From assembly GCA_016432465.1 (NCBI GenBank), contig CP066690.1:590823-654822 (forward strand): a stretch of 64,000 nucleotides of DNA. The letters are read 5' to 3'. Positions 9,659 to 18,592 of the stretch are shown in pieces. Below the pieces are notes generated by a model. That model searched no databases, was not told the DNA's origin, and was given only the letters and a program-made list of their open reading frames with translations. Numbering within the stretch: the first letter of the stretch is position 1; every line of letters begins with the position of its first letter. The DNA comes from Candidatus Sungiibacteriota bacterium. Its GTDB lineage: Bacteria > Patescibacteriota > Minisyncoccia > Sungbacterales > HO2-52-23. The translations under genes were made by a program, and so were the position numbers.

Positions 9659-10878
9659 TCGCGGCTTTAGATGTCGGCACCTCCACGGTTCAGACCGTAG
9701 TGGCCGAAAAGAAAAAAGGAGAAGAAACCCTCCGTATTTTAGGTATAGGAATGGTCCCATCAGTCGGCATCAGACGCGGGGTGGTGGTTGATCTTGAGGA
9801 TGCTGCCTCTTCCATCCGAAAATCCGTGGCCGAAGCCCAGCGGGCCGCTGGTGTTCCTGTCAGGTCGGTTTGGCTAAATGTGGGCGGCTCCCACATTTCT
9901 GTATCATCTTCACGCGGGGTGGTGGCAGTATCGCGGGCTGACGGCGAAATTTCTCCGGAAGATGTTAGACGGGCCATTGCCGCTGCGGAAACCTTTATCC
10001 CCAAAAATCCCAATAAAGAGATTTTGCATATGATTCCCCGTGATTTTAAAGTTGATCACGAAGCAGGGATTAAGGATCCGGTGGGCATGCATGGAGTGCG
10101 CTTGGAAGTGGACACTCTGATTATTGAATGTTCGGCCCCATTTTTAAAAAATCTTTTCAAATGTGTAGAAGGAGCGGGTCTGCGGGTAGAGGATTACGTG
10201 TTTTCACCCTTGGCCGCGGCTGACGCCGTTCTAACTAAAAGGCAGAAAGAGTTGGGGGTTATGCTTCTTGATTTGGGGGGCGGCACGGCAAGTTTTATGA
10301 TCTTTGAAGAAGGAGTGCCTATTCATGCCGGGGTGATTCCTATCGGAGGAAACCACATTACCAACGACGTTGCCATTGGTTTTAGAACACATGTAGACGT
10401 TGCAGAAAGAATTAAAACTACTCATGGATCTTGTTTGCCGTCAGAACTTCCCAAACGGGATACTATTCGTTTGGCCGAATTTATACCCGATGAAGCCGGT
10501 CAGTATTCACGCAAAGAACTCGCCGAAATAATAGAGGCCCGACTAAGAGACATTTTTGAACTCTTACAAAAAGAATTAAAAAAAGTTGACAGAGCCCAAC
10601 TTTTACCTGCCGGTATAGTTTTAGTTGGCGGTTCGGTCCTTATGCCGGGCATTGTGGAATTAACCAAACGGGAACTTAAACTACCGACAGAAATAGGGTG
10701 TCCCGAGGAGTTTCTAAATTCTATTGACGACAAGGTGGCGCCTGCTTTTGTTCCGGTTCTGGGTCTGGCTAAATGGGCAGGTACAAGGGTTGCGGAGTCT
10801 CGCTCTATTTTAGGAGGGCACAGATCGTCTGGCGGCGAGGGGACTTTTATCCGTTGGCTGCGGTCGCTTCTGCCCTAA
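9643..10878 (+). CDS. ftsA: cell division protein FtsA
   Basis: actin-fold ATPase, ALDVGTS...GGGT motifs, ftsA-ftsZ synteny. Confidence 0.9.
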   Translation: MARNLIAALDVGTSTVQTVVAEKKKGEETLRILGIGMVPSVGIRRGVVVDLEDAASSIRKSVAEAQRAAGVPVRSVWLNVGGSHISVSSSRGVVAVSRADGEISPEDVRRAIAAAETFIPKNPNKEILHMIPRDFKVDHEAGIKDPVGMHGVRLEVDTLIIECSAPFLKNLFKCVEGAGLRVEDYVFSPLAAADAVLTKRQKELGVMLLDLGGGTASFMIFEEGVPIHAGVIPIGGNHITNDVAIGFRTHVDVAERIKTTHGSCLPSELPKRDTIRLAEFIPDEAGQYSRKELAEIIEARLRDIFELLQKELKKVDRAQLLPAGIVLVGGSVLMPGIVELTKRELKLPTEIGCPEEFLNSIDDKVAPAFVPVLGLAKWAGTRVAESRSILGGHRSSGGEGTFIRWLRSLLP

Positions 10879-10890
10879 GATCCAAGCCTA

Positions 10891-11030
10891 CCCGCGCACC
10901 AGAGGGCCATGGGCTTTACCCGTGGGTGAATGACCCTCGGTGCGGGGTTCCGCCCCACGCGCGAGCGTGGGAGGAACCCCGTAACACGGGGTGCCACGCG
11001 CTCTGCGCGTGGGGCTCCACAAATTTTTTG
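10891..11030 (+). repeat. GC-rich nested hairpin element ending in a T-run (ftsA-ftsZ intergenic)
   Basis: CCCGCGCACC..GGTGCGGGG, GGGGTTCCGCCCCACGCGCGAGCGTGGGAGGAACCCC, CCACGCGCtctGCGCGTGG then TTTTTTG. Confidence 0.5.
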
Positions 11031-11166
11031 GCGCCTTCCTTCAAGTGCTACACTTTGTCCCATAGAATAAACTGTGGGTTTTTTGTGAATAACCGGTGGA
11101 GAGAAAAACTATTGCATTACCAGAGGCTACGTGCTACATATACCATTGCGAAAGAAGGTTATTATT

Positions 11167-12258
11167 ATGCCCCAGCTTAAACCAGACATTGAAACATACG
11201 CACGGATTAAGGTGGTGGGAATCGGCGGAGGCGGCGGCAAGGCAGTAACTCGCATGATTGACCATAAAATAAATGGGGTTGATTTTATTACTATAAATAC
11301 AGATGCGCAGGATCTTCATTTCACCAAGGCCCGCCAAAAAATTCATATAGGAAAAAATTTGACCAAAGGACTTGGCGCCGGTATGAATCCGGAGATCGGT
11401 AGACAGGCGGCAGAAGAAAATCGCGATGAAATTCACGAGGCGCTGAAGGGTGCGGACATGGTATTTTTAACTTGCGGTCTTGGCGGAGGTACGGGATCCG
11501 GTGCCTCTCCGATCATTGCTGAAGTTGCCAGAGATTCCGGGGCGCTTACCATTGGTGTTATTACCAAACCGTTTACTTTTGAGGGTGCACAGAGGGCTCG
11601 TATTGCGGAAGAGGCTTGGTTTCAGTTGAAAGACAGAGTGGACGCACTGATCACAATTCAAAATGATCGTTTACTCAACGTGATTACCAAGGATACATCC
11701 TTGTTGCAGGCTTTCACTATTTGCGACGACGTTTTAAGGCAGGCAGTTCAGGGCATCTCGGATTTAATTATTACTCCCGGCATAATCAATGTAGATTTTG
11801 CCGATGTTCGTGCCGTTATGCAAGATGCCGGTTCCGCCCTTATGGGTGTGGGAGTGGGAAGTGGCGAGGATCGAGCCGCGGCCGCGGCTAAAGCCGCCGT
11901 CAGCTCGCCGCTTCTTGATATTTCTGTTGATGGTGCGCGGGGCGTGCTATTTAACGTTTCTGGAGGACCGGATATGACGATGTACGAAATCAACGAGGCG
12001 GCCAAGGTGATTACGGAGTCAATTGATCGTGAGGCCAAGGTTATTTTCGGCGCGGTGCACGACGAGAGGTTAAAGAAGGGCGAATTAAAAATTACAGTGA
12101 TTGCTACCGGCTTTAATTCTACGGGGGGTACGCTTAAGTTGCCTTTAAACAGGGAAGAAAGGCAAGATCCTAAAAAGCAGAGTGATAAGGCAATTGTGGC
12201 TGGTGAGGAGTCCGAGTGGGATTCGGTGCCGGCTTTTCTGCGAAGGAAGGGTAAATAA
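11167..12258 (+). CDS. ftsZ: cell division GTPase FtsZ
   Basis: GIGGGGGKA tubulin signature; AAGAAGG RBS before ATG 11167 (listed ORF starts 11131). Confidence 0.9.
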   Translation: MPQLKPDIETYARIKVVGIGGGGGKAVTRMIDHKINGVDFITINTDAQDLHFTKARQKIHIGKNLTKGLGAGMNPEIGRQAAEENRDEIHEALKGADMVFLTCGLGGGTGSGASPIIAEVARDSGALTIGVITKPFTFEGAQRARIAEEAWFQLKDRVDALITIQNDRLLNVITKDTSLLQAFTICDDVLRQAVQGISDLIITPGIINVDFADVRAVMQDAGSALMGVGVGSGEDRAAAAAKAAVSSPLLDISVDGARGVLFNVSGGPDMTMYEINEAAKVITESIDREAKVIFGAVHDERLKKGELKITVIATGFNSTGGTLKLPLNREERQDPKKQSDKAIVAGEESEWDSVPAFLRRKGK

Positions 12259-12278
12259 GAGCCTCTTACGTAGGTTTC

Positions 12279-12304
12279 AACGGCTTTGGCTAGGCCGTTT
12301 TTTG
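12279..12304 (+). terminator. rho-independent terminator after ftsZ
   Basis: AACGGC...GCCGTT stem + TTTTTT. Confidence 0.5.
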
Positions 12305-12345
12305 TTTCCTTTGTCAATATTTTATTATTTATCCACAGAAAAATT

Positions 12346-12373
12346 TTGATTGGTGCTTTTAAGATGATAATAT
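12346..12373 (+). promoter_or_regulatory. candidate promoter TTGATT-16nt-TAATAT for nrdJ
   Basis: hexamers read directly in AT-rich spacer. Confidence 0.4.
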
Positions 12374-12435
12374 GAAAATACACATTAAAATATTTAATAT
12401 TTTACAAAAGTTCTCTTTCGCCCGGACGGCCTTGT

Positions 12436-12563
12436 CCCCCACCTATTTTGAACTAGCGCCAGCATAGATTAAACCTTCTATTGCCTGCGGCAGTGATCAG
12501 CCCGGGCTGGAAGTTTACTAATTTAGCAATTTACGACTTTGAGTTGTTCAAAATAGGTGGGGG
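12436..12563 (+). promoter_or_regulatory. long-range 18-bp perfect stem (CCCCCACCTATTTTGAAC / GTTCAAAATAGGTGGGGG) enclosing ~92 nt; 3' arm is the nrdJ SD and abuts the start codon
   Basis: exact inverted repeat; 3' arm GGTGGGGG immediately precedes ATG 12564. Confidence 0.5.
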
Positions 12564-15305
12564 ATGAACCGAGGAGGGGTGAAAGAGAATTTTTGTCTCA
12601 AAAATAATATGCCTAAAGCCATCGTGCATCGTGATATTGTTCAGGGTCGCATTCCAACCAAAAAAATTCCGCTCCGGCGTATCTTAACAAAAGAAGGCAC
12701 GCATCCTTTTGCCGAGGTTGAGTGGAAAAAAGTGACCATAACGGTGCGCGGCATAAATGGTCATGTTGAAGAACGGGAACTGGAGTTTCCGGCATTTTGG
12801 TCGGAGAATGCAACCGCCATTGCCGGCTCCAAATATTTTCGCGGCCGTATCGGTTCTCCGGAACGCGAGTCGTCCGCCCGGTCCATGGTTGCACGCGTTG
12901 CTCACACAATTCGGGAGTGGGGCATGCAGTTTGGATATTTTGACGAAGACCAAGAAGCCAACATATTTGAAGACGAACTAACTCATATTTTGTTGCATCA
13001 GAAAGCCGCGTTTAATTCTCCGGTATGGTTTAATGTCGGTGTAGAATCGCCTGCGCAGTGCTCTGCTTGTTTTATACTTTCCGTAGATGACAACATGGAG
13101 TCAATTCTCACCTGGATTTACAACGAAGGCATGATTTTCAAACGCGGCTCCGGAACCGGAGTGAATTTATCACCGTTGCGTTCGTGTCTGGAAACCCTTT
13201 CCAAGGGCGGACATTCTTCGGGCCCCGTTTCTTTCATGCGCGGAGCGGATGCGGTGGCAGGAATGATTGCCTCGGGCGGGTCAACAAGACGAGCCGCCAA
13301 AATGGTGGTTCTAAACATTGACCACCCGGACATAATGAGGTTTATACGCTGCAAGGCGGAAGAAGAAAAAAAGGCGCGAGCCCTGATACAGGCAGGCTAC
13401 AACATGTATGACTTAAATAACGAGGCTTGGCATTCTATCCAGTATCAAAATGCCAATAATTCGGTCCGGGTCACGGACGAATTTATGACTGCGGTGGAAA
13501 ATGACGAGAAGTTTGCCACGCGGCTGGTTCAAACAGGAAAAGTTGCGCAGGAGTACCGAGCGAGAGACCTTATGCAGCAGATCGCGCAGGCCGCATGGGA
13601 ATCTGGAGATCCGGGAATGCAATACGATACCACGATTAATAAATGGCACACTTGTCCTAACAGCGGAAGGATTAATGCCTCTAACCCCTGCGCCGAATAT
13701 ATGCACTTAGACGATTCTGCCTGTAACCTTGCCTCCATTAACGTTTTAAAATATTTGAATTCTGACGGTAGTTTTAATGTACATGATTTTATACATACAG
13801 TTGACGTTGTTATCTTGGCGCAAGATATTATTGTGGGCGCTTCAAGTTATCCGACGGAACGAATCACCAAAAACGCCCACAATTTTCGTCAGCTAGGTCT
13901 GGGGTACGCAAACCTTGGAGCGCTTCTGATGACTTGGGGTTTTCCTTATAGCTCCGACGAAGCGCGGCATAGCGCCGCGGCCATAACTGCACTTATGTGC
14001 GGAGAAGCGTATCGCTATTCGGCTGAGATTGCACGCCGTATGGGTCCCTATGCTGGTTACAAAATCAACAAGGAGTCGCAGATGAATGTGGTTGCCATGC
14101 ACCGCGAAGCCACGAGTCGTGTACGTGAGAGTAAGGTGGCGGATAGAAACATTTATACTGCCGCTAAAAGATCTTGGGACGAGGCCTTGGTTCTTGGAAA
14201 GAAATATGGAGTGCGCAATTCGCAAGTTACGGTCATTGCGCCGACCGGAACCATCGCTTTAATGATGGACTGCGCCACCACGGGGGTGGAGCCGGAATTT
14301 GCGCTGATAAAGACTAAAAATTTGGTAGGCGGCGGCACTATGAAATTTGTAAACACTGCGGTTCCGGAAGCTCTGAAGCGATTGGGGTACAGCGAGGAAG
14401 AAGTACGGGTCATTGTTGAGTATCTGGAGAAGCAGGGGACTATTGAGGGTGCGCCTAGTCTGAAAGAAGAACATCTGGCGGTTTTTGATTGTGCTGTCAA
14501 ACCAACTAACGGTAAAAGATCAATTCCTTGGCAGGGACATGTGAAGATGGTTGCGGCAGTCCAGCCCTTTATTTCCGGCGCGATTTCCAAAACATTTAAT
14601 ATGCCCAACGAAACCACTGCTGAAGAAATCATGCAGGCCTATATTATGGGTTGGAAACTGGGGCTTAAGGCCTTTGCAGTGTATCGCGATGGTTCCAAGG
14701 CGGCCCAACCGTTGATTACCTCAACTTCCGGCGCAAGCAAGAAGCTGGTAAAACCAGTACGTCGTAGGCTTCCCGCAACTCGTCCTTCCGAAACTCACAA
14801 GTTTTCCATTGCCGGACACGAGGGTTACCTGACCTATAGCACTTATGAAAATGGCGACTTGGCAGAAATTTTTATCCGGATGTCAAAACAGGGATCTACC
14901 TTGGCCGGGCTTCTGGACTCTTTTGCTATTTCAATTTCCATTGCGCTTCAGCACGGAGTGCCGCTGAAAACTCTCGCGCGGAAATTTGTGTACGGAAGGT
15001 TTGAGCCGGCAGGATACACGGAAAATCCGGCTATTCAGGTTGCCACCTCCATCACTGATTACATTTTCAGGTACCTTGCGCTCCGCTTTCTTGGACAAGA
15101 TGATCTGGATGAGTTGGGAGTTAAGGCGCCGCCCAAAGAAATGGAAGCTATGACCAAGCAAGTGATTGGCGCCCAGAAGGCCCTGCCCGAGGAAAAAACC
15201 GTGGTCTATGCAGACAGCATGTGTCGCGAATGCGGCGGTATGATGATTCAGACCGGATCCTGCAAAACCTGTTTTCAATGCGGGGCGACTTCAGGGGGAT
15301 GTTAA
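12564..15305 (+). CDS. nrdJ: adenosylcobalamin-dependent (class II) ribonucleotide reductase
   Basis: SNPCAEY active-site box, long monomeric class II architecture, C-terminal CxxC..CxxC zinc ribbon. Confidence 0.8.
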   Translation: MNRGGVKENFCLKNNMPKAIVHRDIVQGRIPTKKIPLRRILTKEGTHPFAEVEWKKVTITVRGINGHVEERELEFPAFWSENATAIAGSKYFRGRIGSPERESSARSMVARVAHTIREWGMQFGYFDEDQEANIFEDELTHILLHQKAAFNSPVWFNVGVESPAQCSACFILSVDDNMESILTWIYNEGMIFKRGSGTGVNLSPLRSCLETLSKGGHSSGPVSFMRGADAVAGMIASGGSTRRAAKMVVLNIDHPDIMRFIRCKAEEEKKARALIQAGYNMYDLNNEAWHSIQYQNANNSVRVTDEFMTAVENDEKFATRLVQTGKVAQEYRARDLMQQIAQAAWESGDPGMQYDTTINKWHTCPNSGRINASNPCAEYMHLDDSACNLASINVLKYLNSDGSFNVHDFIHTVDVVILAQDIIVGASSYPTERITKNAHNFRQLGLGYANLGALLMTWGFPYSSDEARHSAAAITALMCGEAYRYSAEIARRMGPYAGYKINKESQMNVVAMHREATSRVRESKVADRNIYTAAKRSWDEALVLGKKYGVRNSQVTVIAPTGTIALMMDCATTGVEPEFALIKTKNLVGGGTMKFVNTAVPEALKRLGYSEEEVRVIVEYLEKQGTIEGAPSLKEEHLAVFDCAVKPTNGKRSIPWQGHVKMVAAVQPFISGAISKTFNMPNETTAEEIMQAYIMGWKLGLKAFAVYRDGSKAAQPLITSTSGASKKLVKPVRRRLPATRPSETHKFSIAGHEGYLTYSTYENGDLAEIFIRMSKQGSTLAGLLDSFAISISIALQHGVPLKTLARKFVYGRFEPAGYTENPAIQVATSITDYIFRYLALRFLGQDDLDELGVKAPPKEMEAMTKQVIGAQKALPEEKTVVYADSMCRECGGMMIQTGSCKTCFQCGATSGGC

Positions 15306-15316
15306 TTTCGCTTCGG

Positions 15317-15438
15317 AAATATGCTTTGAAAAACTTCGCGCCGCCCCACCGAGGCGGCGCTCATCACGGGTCGGCCTCGCTCGCTCACTTCGTTCGCACC
15401 GTGGCCGCTCGTCCTCCCAGTGTTTTCAAAACATATTT
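15317..15438. mobile_element. miniature inverted-repeat element (family shared with 27961-28091 and 34170-34348)
   Basis: TIR GAAATATGCTTTGAAAAAC / GTTTTCAAAACATATTTC; right sub-terminal CGTCCTCCCAGTGTTTTCAAAA matches the other copies. Confidence 0.55.
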
Positions 15439-15555
15439 CCTCGCTTTACAGTTTTTCCCCACTGTCTCGAAAACGCACAGGCTCGTTTTATAAACCCAAA
15501 TGTTCAAACTTTAAATATTGAAATTTTGCAGCGATCCTTGTTTTTGGATTTGTTT

Positions 15556-15603
15556 TTTTAAAAAAGAAAACCGGCGAAAGGGATAGAACCCTTGATGCCG
15601 GTT
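15556..15603 (-). terminator. rho-independent terminator of the 15618..15806 minus gene
   Basis: AACCGGC...GCCGGTT stem then TTTTCTTTTTTT on minus strand. Confidence 0.55.
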
Positions 15604-15617
15604 CAATTGTTCAGGAT

Positions 15618-15806
15618 CTATTCCTTTATGAGGATTCCTAGGCCTATAACCATACATGCAACCCCTCCCAATGCAGTTGTAAACATGTAGTCTCTCGCCC
15701 ACCAGAAGAGGCTTAGGAAGACTTTATCTCCTGCAGCAAATCCAAACGGCGCTAGAACAAACGCGACCCCGATGCCCAACAATAACGTGACTAGTATCTT
15801 TCTCAT
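15618..15806 (-). CDS. small membrane protein (2 TM)
   Basis: AAGGGGGG RBS, hydrophobic throughout. Confidence 0.5.
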   Translation of the reverse strand: MRKILVTLLLGIGVAFVLAPFGFAAGDKVFLSLFWWARDYMFTTALGGVACMVIGLGILIKE

Positions 15807-15868
15807 ACAGACCCCCTTGGCTCTATGGTTCTATTTATATATTACCATAGATTTAAGTTAAAAGTCAA

Positions 15869-16390
15869 ATGCTCTACATATTCACAGGTAACGGCAAGGG
15901 CAAGACAACGGCGGCTCTCGGACAAGCCATGCGAGCGGTTGGTGAAGGAAAACGAGTACTGATGGTTCAATTTATCAAGGGCCCCTGGAAATCAGGGGAG
16001 GATTTTTTAGCTAAGGGGCTTGAGCCCCATTTTAAGTTGGTGAAGATGGGCAAAGGGTTTGTCGGAATTATGGGTGATAAACTTCCGCGCGAAGAGCATG
16101 AGAAAGCGGCCGAGGAGGCGCTTGAGTATGCGCGAAAAGAAATAGAATCCGGCAACTGGGACATTGTAGTTTTGGATGAAATAAATAATGCAGTTTCACT
16201 AAATTTAATTTCCAAAGAAAAAGTTTTAGAACTCCTACAAGCTATAAGCTATAAGCTACAAGCTATAATTCTAACCGGCCGTGATGCCCCTAAAGAATTT
16301 ATTGATAGAGCCGACCTTGTTACCGAGATGAGGGATATTAAACATCCATACCACAAGGGGGTTAAAGGAAAACGAGGACTTGAGTATTAG
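15869..16390 (+). CDS. cobO: cob(I)alamin adenosyltransferase CobA/CobO/BtuR family
   Basis: MLYIFTGNGKGKTTAALG P-loop start typical of PF02572. Confidence 0.8.
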   Translation: MLYIFTGNGKGKTTAALGQAMRAVGEGKRVLMVQFIKGPWKSGEDFLAKGLEPHFKLVKMGKGFVGIMGDKLPREEHEKAAEEALEYARKEIESGNWDIVVLDEINNAVSLNLISKEKVLELLQAISYKLQAIILTGRDAPKEFIDRADLVTEMRDIKHPYHKGVKGKRGLEY

Positions 16391-16419
16391 TTGACAGGAT
16401 TTATTGAAGGTAATATAAT
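16391..16419 (+). promoter_or_regulatory. perfect-consensus sigma70 promoter TTGACA-17nt-TATAAT
   Basis: read directly; drives the 16456 ORF. Confidence 0.6.
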
Positions 16420-16455
16420 ATATTGCAGTTCTGTACCCTTTAATGGAGATTGGTT

Positions 16456-16950
16456 ATGGCGTGTCACGTAGAGCTCCATGAGGACCTTCCTGCGCCGTTA
16501 TGTTTTGCAAGGCTTGCCAGCAGTGTTCTTTCCGTCCTTCGTGATCTTCCCGAACGTAGATTTGACCTAAAATGGAGCGAGATCCTGACTCTTCAAGCTG
16601 GACAGGAATTTCTTGAGATGGTTTTTGAATATATGTCAGGGAGACGACAGTTGTTTCATGAGCCTCAAGAGGAGCGAGATCGCATTTTATTAGCACATAG
16701 GCTGGTGCTAAAAACACTTGGTGCTAAGGAAGGAGACTCAGCAGACTGTGGTGAATGTGAACGAGCCACCGTTAACTACATAGACGTACTCGTCTCTTAC
16801 TCTCTGCGCCTATATGTTGCTGAGGTGAGAATCATCAGAGAAATGGAGGGTTTTTTCTGGCATGTTAGACAGTTGGCATTAGAAGAGGTGAGTAAAGATA
16901 AAGTAATTGAGCGTGTGCAGATGGAATCGTCAGGCCAGCACCACTGTTAG
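16456..16950 (+). CDS. hypothetical protein, no recognisable domain (Cys/His-containing, acidic)
   Basis: GGAG RBS 8 nt upstream of ATG 16456; codon usage visibly GC-richer than neighbours. Confidence 0.5.
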   Translation: MACHVELHEDLPAPLCFARLASSVLSVLRDLPERRFDLKWSEILTLQAGQEFLEMVFEYMSGRRQLFHEPQEERDRILLAHRLVLKTLGAKEGDSADCGECERATVNYIDVLVSYSLRLYVAEVRIIREMEGFFWHVRQLALEEVSKDKVIERVQMESSGQHHC

Positions 16951-17003
16951 CCGTTCGGCATCAGCCGGCGGTTTTTAAATTATTGTCCGGAACCCCAACC
17001 CCT

Positions 17004-17059
17004 AAAATTTTATCTTAACACTTTTTGACGATCGTCAAAAAGTGTTAAGATAAAATTTT
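17004..17059. repeat. 56-bp perfect palindrome centred on GACGATCGTC
   Basis: AAAATTTTATCTTAACACTTTTTGACGATCGTCAAAAAGTGTTAAGATAAAATTTT is its own reverse complement. Confidence 0.9.
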
Positions 17060-17095
17060 GGTTGAAAGATCTGCCCAATTTGTTAAGGTGCCACC

Positions 17096-18592
17096 ATGAC
17101 CAAATCCCGTATTTTTCTATTTTTGCTGCTGGCGTTCGTTGCGGGGGTTGCCGTCCGATCATTTATTTCCGTTTCAGTTTTTATGATCTGGTTTGGTATA
17201 CTGTTGGCGGTAGTCGTCGTTATTTTGGGAATTTTTAAAAAACAAAAAGCCGCAACCCTGTACGGCTTTTTGTTTTTGGCGTTTCTTGCCGGAATTTTTA
17301 GGTTTATGGCGGCTGAACATTCCCCGCCGGATCTTACGGCTCTTTACGGCAATCCGATAACAATACAAGGAATCGTAGTTGAGGAGCCGGAGCAGAAAGA
17401 AACCACTCAGCATCTGAAAGTTAAGATAGGGTCGTTTGCGCCGAATTTTTATACTCTAGCAACTACCCGAAAATATCCGGAGTACAAAATGGGGGATGAG
17501 CTGAAAATTGCCGGTCTGTTGCAGAAACCAGAGAATTATGACGACTTTGATTATATATCTTATCTTGCCAAAGAAGATATTTATAGCACCATGTCGTTTC
17601 CCCTTATAGAAAAAGTTGGAGAAAGGCGCGGCAACAAATTAAGAATTTCTCTCTCCGAAATTAAAAAATCGTTTGAGGAGAAAATTGATCGGGTGCTACC
17701 CGAACCGCACGCCTCGTTTTTAAAAGGACTTTTGTTGGGAGAACGCGGGTCTTTGCCCAAAGATTTGGTGGAAAATTTTAATCGCACCGGCACTACACAT
17801 ATTGTTGCACTCTCCGGCTACAACATTACTCTGGTGGGCAGGTTTTTTGTTAACCTGCTCTTGTTTCTTACGATTCCTTTCCAGATTTCTTTTTGGGTTG
17901 CTTCAGTTGCCATAATGCTTTTTGTAATTCTTACCGGTGCTTCCCCCAGTGTCGTGCGGGCGGGGATTATGGGAATTTTGGTACTGGTTGCCAACCGTGA
18001 AGGTAGGTCCTATCACATGACTAATGCCCTTGTTTTGGCCGGCGCCGTGATGATTTTTCAAAATCCCAAAATTTTGCGTTTTGACACCGCATTTCAGTTG
18101 TCTTTTCTTGCAACCATCGGATTAGTTTACCTTTCGCCATATGTTGAAAACTATATTGATCGCATACGTTTCAGATTAAGTCAGGCGCGCGCCAGATTTA
18201 TTTTGGAACGTAAAAAGAGCTTCAAGAGTAAACAGATTCTTACAGAGACCCTCTCGGCACAGCTTATGGTACTACCTTTATTAATTTATCTTTTCGGCCG
18301 GGTATCATTTATAAGTCCCATAACTAATGTTTTGATTCTACTCGCGGTTCCTTACTCCATGGCCGTGGGTTTTGCGGCCGGCGCGCTGGGATTTTTGTGG
18401 GAGCCGTTGAGCCTGGTCGCGGGTTATGCGGTATGGTTTTTGCTTGAGTATAAAATTCGCACCATAGAACTTTTTGGATCTCTGCCCTATGCTTCACTAC
18501 AGCTGGGAGAGTGGTTTTTGGTGCCGTTGGTGCTTGGTTACGGCTATGTGGCTTTTAGGCTATGGAAAAAAGCAGCAAAAACGCAAAATTAA
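17096..18592 (+). CDS. comEC: ComEC/Rec2 competence membrane domain (DUF4131 + Competence)
   Basis: multi-TM, GTTHIVALSGYNI(T)L motif. Confidence 0.75.
   Translation: MTKSRIFLFLLLAFVAGVAVRSFISVSVFMIWFGILLAVVVVILGIFKKQKAATLYGFLFLAFLAGIFRFMAAEHSPPDLTALYGNPITIQGIVVEEPEQKETTQHLKVKIGSFAPNFYTLATTRKYPEYKMGDELKIAGLLQKPENYDDFDYISYLAKEDIYSTMSFPLIEKVGERRGNKLRISLSEIKKSFEEKIDRVLPEPHASFLKGLLLGERGSLPKDLVENFNRTGTTHIVALSGYNITLVGRFFVNLLLFLTIPFQISFWVASVAIMLFVILTGASPSVVRAGIMGILVLVANREGRSYHMTNALVLAGAVMIFQNPKILRFDTAFQLSFLATIGLVYLSPYVENYIDRIRFRLSQARARFILERKKSFKSKQILTETLSAQLMVLPLLIYLFGRVSFISPITNVLILLAVPYSMAVGFAAGALGFLWEPLSLVAGYAVWFLLEYKIRTIELFGSLPYASLQLGEWFLVPLVLGYGYVAFRLWKKAAKTQN

Noticed and set aside
11748-12383. 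211-aa minus-strand ORF
   Set aside because: Antisense shadow of ftsZ (Ser/Pro/Ala-rich).
12290-12563. Cobalamin riboswitch upstream of the B12-dependent nrdJ
   Set aside because: I could not find the B12 box or GCCACTG consensus (the sequence has GGCAGTG, not CCACTG). B12 riboswitches normally control B12-independent isozymes or transporters, not nrdJ. Kept only as an unclassified RNA structure.
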